From assembly GCA_951406725.2 (NCBI GenBank), contig OX597838.1:26598001-26662000 (forward strand): a stretch of 64,000 bases of DNA. The letters are read 5' to 3'. Origin of the DNA: Octopus vulgaris. Taxonomy: Eukaryota. Made by a program: the position numbers and the translations under genes. Shown piece after piece: positions 51,423-63,266 of the stretch. How positions within the stretch are numbered: the stretch's first letter is position 1; every line of letters starts with the position of its first letter. Below the pieces are notes generated by a model, which saw only the letters and a program-made list of their open reading frames with translations, searched no databases and was not told the DNA's origin.

Positions 51423-52334
51423 TGACAGAGATAATTTAAATCAAGAGAAAAAAAAGAAGTTATACTGTAACGTTTTATCCGTCTATATTTCGACATCTTG
51501 TTTGATTTGAGAAGAAAAACTAAGAATAATTCGAGAAAACTGTTTCATGGGAGATTACTCCTTACCTTGTAAATATAATGGGCGTTTGGAGTTACGTCCC
51601 TTTATACATATCAAGCCAGAACTCTCATCTCTCAGCTTCTCTCTCTTTTTCTCCCTCTGATCATTATTGTTTGTCGAAACATTTTTTTTTTTTGTCGAAC
51701 TCTGCTGTTTTATATTTAAAAAAAACAACAAAACACTAGTTTGGTCTATCACACCACATCTTAAAAAAAATCAATATAACACTTTTTTTTTCTGTTCATG
51801 TACATACGGTCGTTCTTCATCAACAAACCGGTTCAATTAAAATAATTACCACCTTTTTAACCTTTTAGTTGTTTTTGTTACTCAGATGCTACACGAAACG
51901 ATTGTCAATGGTATCGCCACCACAGCACATTGGCAAATGCTGCGAGCTGGCGAAACTGATAGCGCGTCAAACAAAATGCTAAACAGCAATTCCCTTCGGG
52001 TGTTTAATTTCTGAACTTAGAGTTTGTCTATAATCCTTTAGGGCAGTGGTTTTCAACCAGGGTTCCGCAAGAAGTTACAAAACTGCTAAAATCAGCAGTA
52101 ATTTTTAATTCTCCTGTGCAGATATGTGTGCATAAGACTATTAAATTATTGCACAGGGAAGTCTGGCGCAACATGGTAAATTTCATTGTCTCGACCACGG
52201 TCGAACAATGATGATGATGATGATAATCCTTTAGGGTACATGATGAGCAATGGGGCTGATGCAATTGACAAGCACACTCCACACAAAATTTCGGGCCTCA
52301 TACCTATAGTAAAAAAAAAAGATCATTATTATTA

Positions 52335-53420
52335 TTGAGAGGACGGGTAGCTGGGAGAATCTTTAGCACACCAGGAAAAATGCTTAGCAATATTTCGTTT
52401 GTCTTTACGTTCTGAGTTCAAATCTCACGGGTGTCAAGTTTACCTTTCGCCCTTTCAAGGTCACTAAATTAACAACCAGTTGAGCATTGGGATCGATTTA
52501 ATCGATTTCCCCCCTCCCTCAAAATGGCTGGCCTTCTGTGCCAAAATTTGAAACCATCATCATCATCACCATCATCAATATTATGAAGGCGGCCAGCTGG
52601 CAGCATCATTAGCGTGCTGGATGAAATGCTTAGCAGTATTTCACCTGTCACTACATTCATTCTGAGTTCAAATTCTGCCGAGGTCGACTTTGCTTTCATC
52701 CTTTTGGGGTTGATAAAATAAGTACCAGTTATGCACCGGAATCGATGTAATTGACTTAACCCCTTCCCCCAAATTTGAGCCCTTGTGCTTCCAGTAGAAA
52801 AGATAATAATAATAATAATAATAATAATAATTATTATTATATGGGAGGTGGCGAGCTGGCAGAATTGCTAGCACGCCAGGCAAAATGCTTTGTCTCATTT
52901 CGTCCGTCTGAGTTCAAATTCTGCTGAGGTCGATTTTACCTTTCATCCTTTCGGGGTTGATAATATAAGTACCAGTTGAGAACTGGGGTCGATGTAATCG
53001 AAGTATCTCCTCCCCTGAACTTGCTGGCTTTGTGCCAAAATTTGAAATCAGTGCGGCGGCAAACTGGCAGAATCAGTAGCACACCGAGTGAAATGCTTAG
53101 CGGCATTTCATCAGTTTGCACATTCTGAGTTCAAATTCCGCCAGGGTCAACTTTACCTTTCATCCTTTCGGGTTTGATAAATTAAGTACCAGTGAAACAC
53201 TGGGGTTAATGTAATCAACTAGTCCCCACCCCCAAAATTTCAGGATTATCATCATTATTATTATTAGGGTTGTGGATTGACAAAATCATTGATGCGCTGG
53301 ATAAAATGTTTAGCAGTTATTCTTGTGACAAGGTGGACTTTGCCGTTAATCCTTTCCGGGTTGAGAAATATAAGAATCAGCTGAACAATGGTGTCGATTA
53401 TCCCTATTCTCCATAAATTT
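52335..53420 (+). mobile_element. Tandem array of 5-6 diverged family B SINE units
   Basis: Repeated gctggcagaat..tagcac...tgagttcaaatt...ctttcatcctttcggggttgataa..aagtaccag units, head to tail. Confidence 0.8.
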
Positions 53421-53447
53421 CAGAAAAAGAGACAAAAATAGTATAAT

Positions 53448-53536
53448 CCCTCCGTAGCTCAGTCAGTAGAGCATCTGATTTTAGGGCGATAGTTAAGTTC
53501 ATCAGAGGATCATGGGTTCAAGTCCTCTGCGAGTGA
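53448..53536 (+). pseudogene. Intron-containing tRNA-like sequence (Lys/Tyr-like body; anticodon reads TTA, or TTT with a 1-nt loss)
   Basis: D arm gctc-agtcagta-gagc, anticodon stem tctga/tcaga around ttttag plus a 16-nt insert, and B box ggttcaagtcc. Acceptor and T stems are mismatched, and no T4 terminator follows. Confidence 0.6.
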
Positions 53537-54203
53537 AATAAGTGTTTACAGGTGCGGACATAGCTGTGAGGTTAAGAAGCTTCTCAATCACAGGCCTACA
53601 GGTTCAGAACCACAGTGTAGACTCGTGATTCCCAACGTGGGACATGGGAATATTTTGGTGGGACATGGTAATATTATGGTGAGGCATGCATAGGGTCGAT
53701 GTTTAGTATACCAGTAAGTGAAAGGGGGCATTTCGAGAATTGAGTCATTCAAAAAAAATTCTTTACATTCCCTCTGTGGACACTGTGGTGTTAGCGGTGT
53801 TATGGGCTGTGATGGAGCTATGTGGTGTTGGTGGAGAGGAGGAGAGATGAGGTGGGCAGAAGTAAGGCTTGCAGGGGCATGCGCGGGCAGGAAGCACGTG
53901 GTCAGTTCCAGCAAAGAGCGCAGAGCGACAATACGTTTTGACTTGGTGAGAGCGACCGCTGATATAATAATAATGAAATTATTGTATACAGTGCTCAGGT
54001 GCACCACAACAATTTCGCCGAGGTAAGGCCTTTTGTATTTTTCTTTCTCCCGTTATCAAATTTGTGACAACAGTTGTTTGTATTATTTCCAATAGCGATA
54101 AGTAAGATCTAAAGTGGGAATAAGATGGTTTCCTTCGATTTAGTGCTATGTGAAAAACATGTCGGTAATTTCAAATGTGCGCGCGCCTATGTCATCATTG
54201 ATA

Positions 54204-54346
54204 AAAAGGTTGTCCCAAAAGTTCGTTGAAAGTCTTGGAAAATAATGGTCTTTATTTTGAGGAATAATTTTTGTTGTTTTTGTTAGTACTTGGCGAGTAA
54301 AAATTCAATTTTCGCAAGTGTTTACGAACTTTTGGGACAACCTAAT
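54204..54346. mobile_element. mariner-type MITE
   Basis: TIRs aggttgtcccaaaagttcgt / acgaacttttgggacaacct. Confidence 0.8.
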
Positions 54347-54425
54347 AAAATGGTTTTTGCTGCTGAGAAGATTCACGGAATATTTTTTTGTTTCTTCTGA
54401 GCATATTTTCCGAAAGCTTATTTAT

Positions 54426-54848
54426 ACTCTTTACTCTTTTACTTGTTTCAGTCAGTTGACTGCGGCCATGCGGGAGCACCGCCTTTAGTCGAGCAACTCG
54501 ACCTCGGGACTTATTTTTTTTGTAAGCTCAGTACTTATTCTATCGGTTCTCTTTTGCCGAACCGCTAAGTGACGGGGACGTAAACACACCAGCATCGGTT
54601 GTCAAGCATTGCTAGGGGGACAAACACAGACACACAAACACACATACGCACACACACAATATATATATATATATATACATATATACGACGGGCTTCTTTC
54701 AGTTTCCGTCTACCAAATCCACTCACAAGGCTTTAGTCGGCCCGAGGCTATAGTGGAAGACACTTGCCCAAGGTGCCACGCAGTGGGACTGAACCCGGAA
54801 CCATGTGGTTGGTAAGCAAGCTACTTACCACACAGCCACTCCTGCGCC
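54426..54848 (-). mobile_element. Full-length family A SINE
   Basis: Complete head to tail. Further copies at 56583-56941 and 61096-61456. Confidence 0.88.
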
Positions 54849-55391
54849 TGAACTCTTTTAGGAATAATAACTAGATTTCTGCTCCACCCACCGACTTTGG
54901 ATGATCATAACTTTCAGAAAAATGGATATTTTAAAATCAAATTGTATACGAATATGTGTTATATCATGTAGAATCGGTTATATCATGTAGAATGCGTGTG
55001 TGGGGGAGTGTTTTAGGAGAAATTAGGGTGGGAAATTTCGGAAATTTCACCGGAGTCTACTTCAATTCGTCTTAACTGAAGAAAATGGATATCTTTTAAT
55101 GAAATTCTCTACAAATATACCTCGGACTGTGTAGATTCCGAGGAGAAGGGACTTTTGTGGGGAAAACAATTGGGGGCTATTTTTCAGAACTGTTTCTGAA
55201 CAAGTTGTCCATATTTGTTTCATTTTCTCCTGTTTGTGCATCCGTAGATTTCTACTGAAGCAACGAACAAGCAAAGAAGGCAAATGAAGCCCTCACCAGA
55301 AAACTCGTTTGGCTAAAAATAACAGCTAAAGCTCTGGTACACAGAAATATGTTATTCAGACGACTTATCTGTTGCATACAATTTCCTTTTT

Positions 55392-56248
55392 GGCGTAACT
55401 TCGGTATATGTACCGGATACATTTCAAGAATGTGTTTTTTTTATATATGGGGGGTTAGGATTAGGGTTAGGGTTTGTGTTAGGGGTGGGAGAAAAGGGTT
55501 TCTGTTATCTTCAGAAATGTAAACAAAGTCACGTGTGTACAGTGCTCAGGTGCACTACAACTCATCTAAAGTGCATATATAATCAGGTGTAGTTTCGGCG
55601 GATTTCGGAAAGCATGAGGGCCTTAAAGGATGCAGTGTCATGGCAATCAACAACTGACGCAGGCAGTTTATTCCATGCTTCAGCAACTCTGAGCGTGAAA
55701 AAATGTTTCCGAAAGTCATGGGAGCTGTGTTGTTTTCTGACTTTGTAGGCATGTCCACGTGTGTTAGACACATGGAGATCAAAAAGGTGTTCAGTGTTGT
55801 TGTTGGTGAGGTGGTTGATAACTTTGTGGGTGTTTACCAAGTCCGTCGCCAGACGCCGGAGCTTCAGTGAATCCATGCCCAGAGAAACAAGGCGCTCAGA
55901 ATATGGTAGGTGTCTGATGGAGGGTATGCGTTTGGTTGCACGTCTCTGGACAGATTCCAGGAGGTCAATGTTCTGAGCAAGATAGGGGTTCCAAACTGAT
56001 GATGCGAATTCCAAGTGTGGTCGTACCATAGCTGTATACAGTTTTAAATAGATGGCTTCAGAAATGTAAACAAAGTCACGTGTGTACATATACTGAAGCA
56101 TCGCCACATACCCTAACCCTAACAGAAACCCTATCCCCCCATGTATAATGAAAAACACTTTTTTGAAATGTATCTGGTACTTCCGGAAGTACACCGGTAC
56201 TTATACCGTGGCATCGCCCACGTGTGTACCTATACCGAAGGTTCGGCG
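55392..56248. mobile_element. Inverted-repeat element with internal TTAGGG-like tracts, interrupted by a LINE
   Basis: Left end ggcgtaacttcggtata..taccggatacatttcaa..ttagggttaggg mirrors right end ccctaaccctaac..ttgaaatgtatctggtac..tataccgaag. The left end recurs at 57391-57485. Confidence 0.6.
55542..56055 (-). mobile_element. 5'-truncated CR1-group LINE, copy 2
   Basis: Encodes the same peptide as 43575-44132 and is flanked by a 33-bp direct repeat. Confidence 0.92.
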
Positions 56249-57489
56249 ATTTTTTTTTTTTTCACTTTAAGTAAATTCCCAGGTAAACGTTTCTAATAGA
56301 AAGGCAGAAGACACCAGAAGCAAAAACAAGGAATATACGCGCACAGTTAAATATAGAAGTGTAAAGCGTAATTTGTTACATAATCTCTATAATAAACATG
56401 GTATTGAATGGAATAATTCCCCATTTGAACGTGTGTGTGTGAGAGAGAGAGAGATAGTGGTAGAAGTCTAAGGATGCAAAAAAAAACAAATATATGGACT
56501 GTTCAGAAATACCCGCGAGTAGGGAACAATTCTTAAAAATAGCCCCCCCCAGTTGTTTCCTCCCACCCCACAAATTTTGTATACTCTTTACTCTTTTACT
56601 TTTTTCAGTCATTTGACTGCGGCCATGCTGGAGCACCGCCTTTAGTTGAGCAACTCGACCCCCTGACTTATTCTTTGTAAGCCCGGTACTTATTCTATCG
56701 GTTCTCTTTTGCCGAACCGCTAAGTTACGGGGACATAAACACACCAGCATCGGTTGTCGAGCAATGCTAGGGGGACCAACATACACGCACACACACACAC
56801 ACACACATTATATATATATAGGACAGGCTTCTTTCAGTTTCCGTCTACCAAATCCACTCACAAGGCTTTGGTCGGCCCGAGGCTATAATAGAAGACACTT
56901 GCCCAAGGTGCCACGCAGTGGGACTGAACCCGGAACCATGTATATTCGGAATCTACATGGTATAACACATATTCGTAGACAATTTCATTAAAAATATCTA
57001 TTTTTCAAAAAGTTATGATGATCCAAAGTTGGGGGCGCAGAAATATGTAGTTTTGTCGATTCAAAAATACATAAAATGAGCAATGTAAGTAAAAAAAAAT
57101 GTTCGTTAATATTCAGAGGAATATTTAAAATTTGGATTTATACCCTCTATCCACGATAAACTGTCACCAAGTTATGGGCGAAAAACTCGGATCTTGTTAA
57201 TTTTCTGAAGTACTCTCCCCACCCTCGGAAAAGATTTTCCCACATTTTTTTATAATCGTAATCTATGCTGGTTGAAAGGTATTTATATAAAATTCCATTT
57301 AAAAACAAAAAAGCATTTTCTGTCCGTTGCACTATTCTTTTTTATTTTGTTTCTGGATAAACATTAACCAAATTTTGAATAACGAAGATTGGCGTAACTT
57401 CGGTATATATACCGGTGTAAGTACCGGATACATTTCAAGAAAGTGTTTTTTTTATATATGGTGGGTTAGGGTTTGTGTTAGGCTACTGA

Positions 57490-59930
57490 CTTGGTCACCT
57501 AGGTAACAGAAGCTTTCAACTACTTCTAGTTTTTCTCCTTGGAAAGTGACAGGTTGTTTTCTGCAGATTTTCAGTGTTTATTGTTCCTGAGCATCTGCCA
57601 CATACAAAAACTATCTTCCCAGTTAGCCTTCCTTTGACATTGCTGCACCTCTTATGTGTCCATAGCTTACACTGGGTATATCTTATAGAATTTCTACCTA
57701 CACCTTTTCTACAGATCGAGCAGGGCCATCTACCTGAAGGCGTTTGTGGTTTGTCTACCTTCCTGCTTATTAGTACTTTTGTTTTAGCTAGGTTGACTCT
57801 AAGGCCCTTCGATTCTAATCCTTGCTTCCACACCTGAAAATTCTCCTCCAGTTCTGATAGTGACTCAGCAATTAGAGCAAGGTCGTCAGCATAGAGGAGC
57901 TCCCAGGGGCATCCACTCTTGAATTCCTCTGTTATTGCCTGGAGAACTATGATAAATAGGAGGGGGCTGATGACTGAACCTTGGTGGACTCGTTGCCAAC
58001 CCTCACCTTACTAACAGCATCCCTGTACATGGCTCGCACGGCTCTCACTAACCATTCATCTATCCCTAGTTTCCTCATTGACCACCAGATAAGGGATCGG
58101 GGGGCCCTGTCAAAGGCTTTCTCCATGTCAACAAAAGCCAGGTACAGGGGCTTATCTTTGGCTAGGTATTTCTCCTGCAGCTGTCTTACCAGGAATTTGG
58201 CATCAGTGGTGCTTTTCCCTGGTACAAACCCAAACTGCATTTCATCTAAACTGACTCTCTCTCTAATTAGTTGGGCTATGACCCTCTCCGTGACCTTCAT
58301 TACTTGATCCAGCAACTTGATACCTCTGTAATTATTTGTATCTAAGGCGTCACCTTTACCTTTGTAGCAGTTGTCTATTATGTTGCTACGCCAGTCATTG
58401 GGTATGACTCCTTCGTGTATCACCTGGTTAACTATACGGGTAACTAGGCTATAGCTGACACTGCCAGATATTTTGAGCATCTCTGCATTAATTCCTGATG
58501 GGCCTGGGGCTTTCCCGGTCTTCATGCTTCTAATTGCCTTAACTACCAAGGAACTGTCAACTCGGATAGCTGGTCCCTCTGTTGGGACGCTATTCGGCAG
58601 ACTCTCTTTATCCCATTCATTTTCTTTATTCAGCAACCTTTCATAGTGGCGTCTCCAAGCCTCTCTCTTTGCATCCTCATTTAGCACAAGTGAACCATCA
58701 TCCATGCGAACACATTTCTCTCCTACCACATCATGATTCTCTCTCACATACTGTCTTGCAACACGAAATACCTCAAGTCTTTGGTCTTCACAGCGCAGAA
58801 CATTGGCAAATTTTTCCTTATCTGTTTCCCCTCTGGCTAAATAAACCTGTCTTCTAGTTTCCTTTCTGGCAGTCTGATACAATTCCCTGCTACCTCCGTT
58901 CTTCCAGTCCTTCCAAGCCCGTTTCTTTTGTCTAATAGCCCTGTCAACCACATTGTTCCACCACCATGTTACCTTGGGTCGGGAGGGGACTTTGCACCAG
59001 CCACAGATCTGGTCAGTGGCTCTCAGCAGGTTGTCCCGTAGAAACCTCCAGTTGTCTTCCACATTACGTGATGCTATATCCCCTTCTATTTCGTCAAAGG
59101 CTTCAAGTAATGCGTTTCTAAGTCTCTGCCCATTTGCAGGGTCTTTAAGTTTCCAGACCCTTCTCCTCCAGGCTGGTCTTCTTCTGGGCATCCATTCAGC
59201 CCTGATCCTGAAGTCGCTAACTACTAATCTATTTTGAGGGGTACATTCTTCACCTGGGAATGTTTTGGCATTTATAAGCAGCCCTCTTTCCCTTTTTCTG
59301 GCGAGGATATAGTCAATTTGGCTAGTGTGTCTGACAGAACAATAGGTGACGGGTGGGTTTCCTGAAGTTGGTATTGCAAACCATAAGATCATTTGCATCG
59401 CAGAACTCCAGCAGCCTGGTTCCCTCCTCATTGCGAGAACCAAAACCGTAGCCTCCATGTATGTCATGGAAGCCCCCAACATGCCTACCAACATGTCCAT
59501 TGAAGTCACCAGCCACAAAGAGAAGGTTCCTGTCATTTGTCAACGAGGTAGTCTGCAATAGGGTGTCATAGAATCGGTCTTTCTGCCCTTCCAGTAGTCC
59601 CAGTTGAGGAGCATAGGCCGAGATAATGGTAGCTGGCCTATGGTGAAGCACTAATCTAATCTTAAGTACTCTATCACATACTCTGACTACTTCGATTACC
59701 TTATCAACCCATTTCTCCGCAAGAAGTATACCCACACCCCCGACCCCGTCAGTGTTCCCTGCCCAGAAAATCCTGTACCTGTGTTCTTTGCCTGTGAGGA
59801 ACCTAGCAGAACCTCCTCTCCACCTTCTTGGATGCAGCACAAATCGACACATCTCCGCTCAAGCATCTGAACAATCTCACCAGACCTACCTTTCAGTGTG
59901 TCAACTCTGAGGGTGTGGGTCTGTGAGACC
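57490..59930 (-). mobile_element. RTE-clade LINE (APE endonuclease + RT), frameshifted and 3'-truncated
   Basis: GVGILL..ISAYAPQ..AGDFNGHVG..QIDYIL; KAPGPSG..YKGKGD..NYRGIKLL..QFGFVPG..FVDMEKAFD; YADDL is readable near 57890. The 5' UTR may extend to about 60550. Confidence 0.93.
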
Positions 59931-62027
59931 CTGGGATGAGGGACAGCAGTGTCATGTACATGAAAAGAAAGCTAGCATTTGGCAGAATTCATAAGAGACA
60001 CTAGACTACAACCTACAATACACTACACCATTTTCATGCGCTATATGATCAAATAAACCCCATGTAGGGGGTGGGTGGCCTTTAGCCCTTAGGGGTGTTT
60101 GCGGGAGGCAAACAAGGAAGACATACGTTAGGGACTTCTGCTTACGGTGGAGGGGGTGGGAGGGTGGGTGCACTGCGAACCAGCAAGTATAGACTAGAGC
60201 ATTGTTGTCTTCCGCCCTAGTACACTATGGTTAAACAAATTTAGAGAGAATGAATTAACGAAATGATAACCTTGAATAGAATAAATAAATAGAATATGAC
60301 GATTAGACAGATATGCATGATCTTAAGACAAACAAGGAAAACGATGCTATCGGTACTATGTTTACGTGATAAAGAAATAGATAGATAATAGTGAATGAAT
60401 GAGGGGGGAGTTAAGGTTACGATCTACGCATTAAACATGGAGTACATGAACGAGGTTGAAAAGTCAAATTTTTCTCTTATCTCAGCATCTTCTGGGGTCT
60501 GTGTTCTATCAGCAGAGGGATTGAAAATCGAGGAGGGGAAAAAACAGGGCTTGCACTAGTTTATATAGAGTTAGGGTTAGGGGGGGAAGTGTTGGTGTAT
60601 CAGGTGGTAAATCGAAGAGACGGAAGGAGAGAGGTCAGGTCGTAAATACACCACGTGGAAGGAGAATAATTTTTAGGGATTCTCGGTAAGATAAATTAAT
60701 GAAACAGCAAATGCCAAAATCCTGAGATAGAATTGAAAAATATTTTGAGATTTTGGGATACATAATTTAATGAAACAGCAGTGGTAGATCGAAGAGAGAG
60801 ACATATATATATATATATATATAATATAATATAATAAAATAATATTAATTAGAGACAAAACCACTATTATGCAAATCAAACAATTAATTAATCTTAATTA
60901 TATTTAATTTATATAAAATTTTTTATGTATTGGATTAAGTCTTTCTTTGTTTGATTTGCATAATAGTGGTTTTGTCTCTAATTAATATTATATTATATTT
61001 TACTATAAAATTGGATTCAATCATAAATCTGATTTTTCCCTGTAAATTTGGATTTATTCCCTAATATTTATTATTATATATATATTTATTTGAATACTCT
61101 TTTACATGTTTCAGTCATTTGGCTGCAGCCATGCTGGAGCACCACCTTTATAGTCGAGCAAATCAACCCCAGGACTTATTCCTTGCAAGCCTAGTACTTA
61201 TTCTATCAGTCTGTTTTGCCAAACCGCTAAGTTACGGGGACATAAACACATCAGCAGCAGTTGTCAAGCGATGCTGGGGGGGACAAATAGACACACAAAC
61301 ATATACACACACGCATATACATATATATATGTACATATACGACGGGCTTCTTCTAGTTTCCGTCTACCAATCCATTCACAAGGCTTTGGTTGGCCCAAGG
61401 CTATAGTAGAAGACACTTGCTCAAGGTGCCACACAGTGGGACTGAACCTGGGACCAATATAAAAAAAAGGTAGAATATTCTGGTCAGTTGAATACTAAAG
61501 GGTTAGTATCTGCCTTGTCATAATCTTTGTTGTCTTTCACATCATTTTTATCACCAATATCATTGCTGCTAGTCAGCAACCTCCACCCCAAAAGAAAAAA
61601 AACCCACTTTGCACAGAAATAAGAGAAAAAACAAAAAGAGTAAACAAAATATTTTTTATTGTCATTATTATTATTATGTATAAATATATATACAGTTACC
61701 TTAACAAGCCATTGCTATATACAGTTATCAAAAAAAAAAAAGACCAAAAAAAAAACAGGGCAATTTTTGTTTAAATTGTTATTTTTCCATTTTGTTTGTT
61801 TTTTTTTTTCATCTTTTTCGTTTTCTTTTTTTTCACCCCACAAAGAAATCACAGTAGTGGATAAAAGAAACAGAGTAGATAAATAGGCTGAGAGTAGCTG
61901 AAGAAGAAGTGGTTTTTTTTTTTTTTTTTTTTCTTTTTGCGTAGCTAATTTACAATGTTTTGGTTGTTGTAGGTAGGTAGATAGCATGTCGGAAGCAAAG
62001 ACAGTGTTCTTGGTGCAAGGTCATATT

Positions 62028-63266
62028 GGCCAGTGATGTTTCGTTTTATGATCCAGAAAGTGAAAGCGCACTGACATCGGCAGAGATTGGCATAATAAAT
62101 TGAAAGTCAATGTTTGGTAGTACTCGACTAAATTTGGCATTGAAATGAAGCTTAGGAGGTTTCTGTTCGAAAGCGAGAGTTTGTTTTGAATTTGTTCATG
62201 CATAGAAGCAATGGCTGATCATTTTATGACAAACACCTGCAAGAAATCTAGACGACATGTTTAATATTGATGAGCTGACAGAAGGGAATTACATTGTATG
62301 GGATATTTTCTATTAATATGACAAGCATAAGACATTAAAAACACTACAGTTGCAGTGAATAAAAATTAGTTTTCTGATCGAAACGTGTAGCTGAAATCTT
62401 GAAATAATAAAAAGACTTGAAAGCCATACTAATATATTAAAATTGAAAGCCACATTAATAAATTTAATTATTTACTATATTAAAATTGGAATTTATAGGA
62501 ATTTTCTAGACAGTGTAATTACTTTTTTTTTTTTTTAGTAAAAGTTACTTCCTCATAATTAATTCATAAGCAGCTTTCTTAATTATGGCTTAGATGAACA
62601 TTGGAAAAGCAATTTACTTTCTCGCATTGTTGGGATTAATTCACACCTCAGCAGTATGGCTATAATGAACCAATGTGTTTGGTTAATCACCACATGTGCA
62701 TGCAGGTATTATCGAAGTATTAGACAAGATTCTCTCTTATATACGCTTTTACTTGTTTCAGTCATTTGACTGTGGCCATGCTGGAGCACCGCCTTTTATA
62801 GGTTTCATATGGCAATGCCTTGTTTTACAGAGCATATATGTTAGTGCGCAGTAATAGATTGCAAACAATACGTTATTACGGAGCAGATCGGTGTTAGTAG
62901 AGAAGCAATATTTAACTGGTATAACTATTTTAGAGATGTATGTGCCAAATGGTTAAACAATTCTGTACAGGCTGGGAAAAACAATTTACACAATTTCTTA
63001 AATGTGTTTGACAGAATTATCCGGTCTTATTCTTATATTTTAGTTTATTATTAAGCAAATTTCAATAAAATAAATCAAAAGCATTCTCCAGAAAAAAAAA
63101 AAAAAACACATTTTACATTTACCATTTCATTAGGTTTATATCACTTTTACTTCATTTCAAAGAAAACAATTATTTCCTTTCATTTATTTACTGAGTTTCC
63201 AGTAAATGATCTCTGCCAACTTTAGTAGTTTCATTTTCTGGATCATAAAACGAAACATTGCCAGCC
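62028..63266 (+). mobile_element. Degenerate TIR DNA transposon, Merlin/ISXO2-like
   Basis: ~60-bp imperfect TIRs (ggccagtgatgtttcgttttatgatccagaaa / tttctggatcataaaacgaaacattgccagcc). Internal peptide EQIGVSREAIFNWYNYFRDVCAKWL at 62881-62955. Confidence 0.6.

Noticed and set aside
62350-62396. Hammerhead-like cgaaacgtgta with an upstream hairpin
   Set aside because: No recognisable 7-nt core at the correct spacing.
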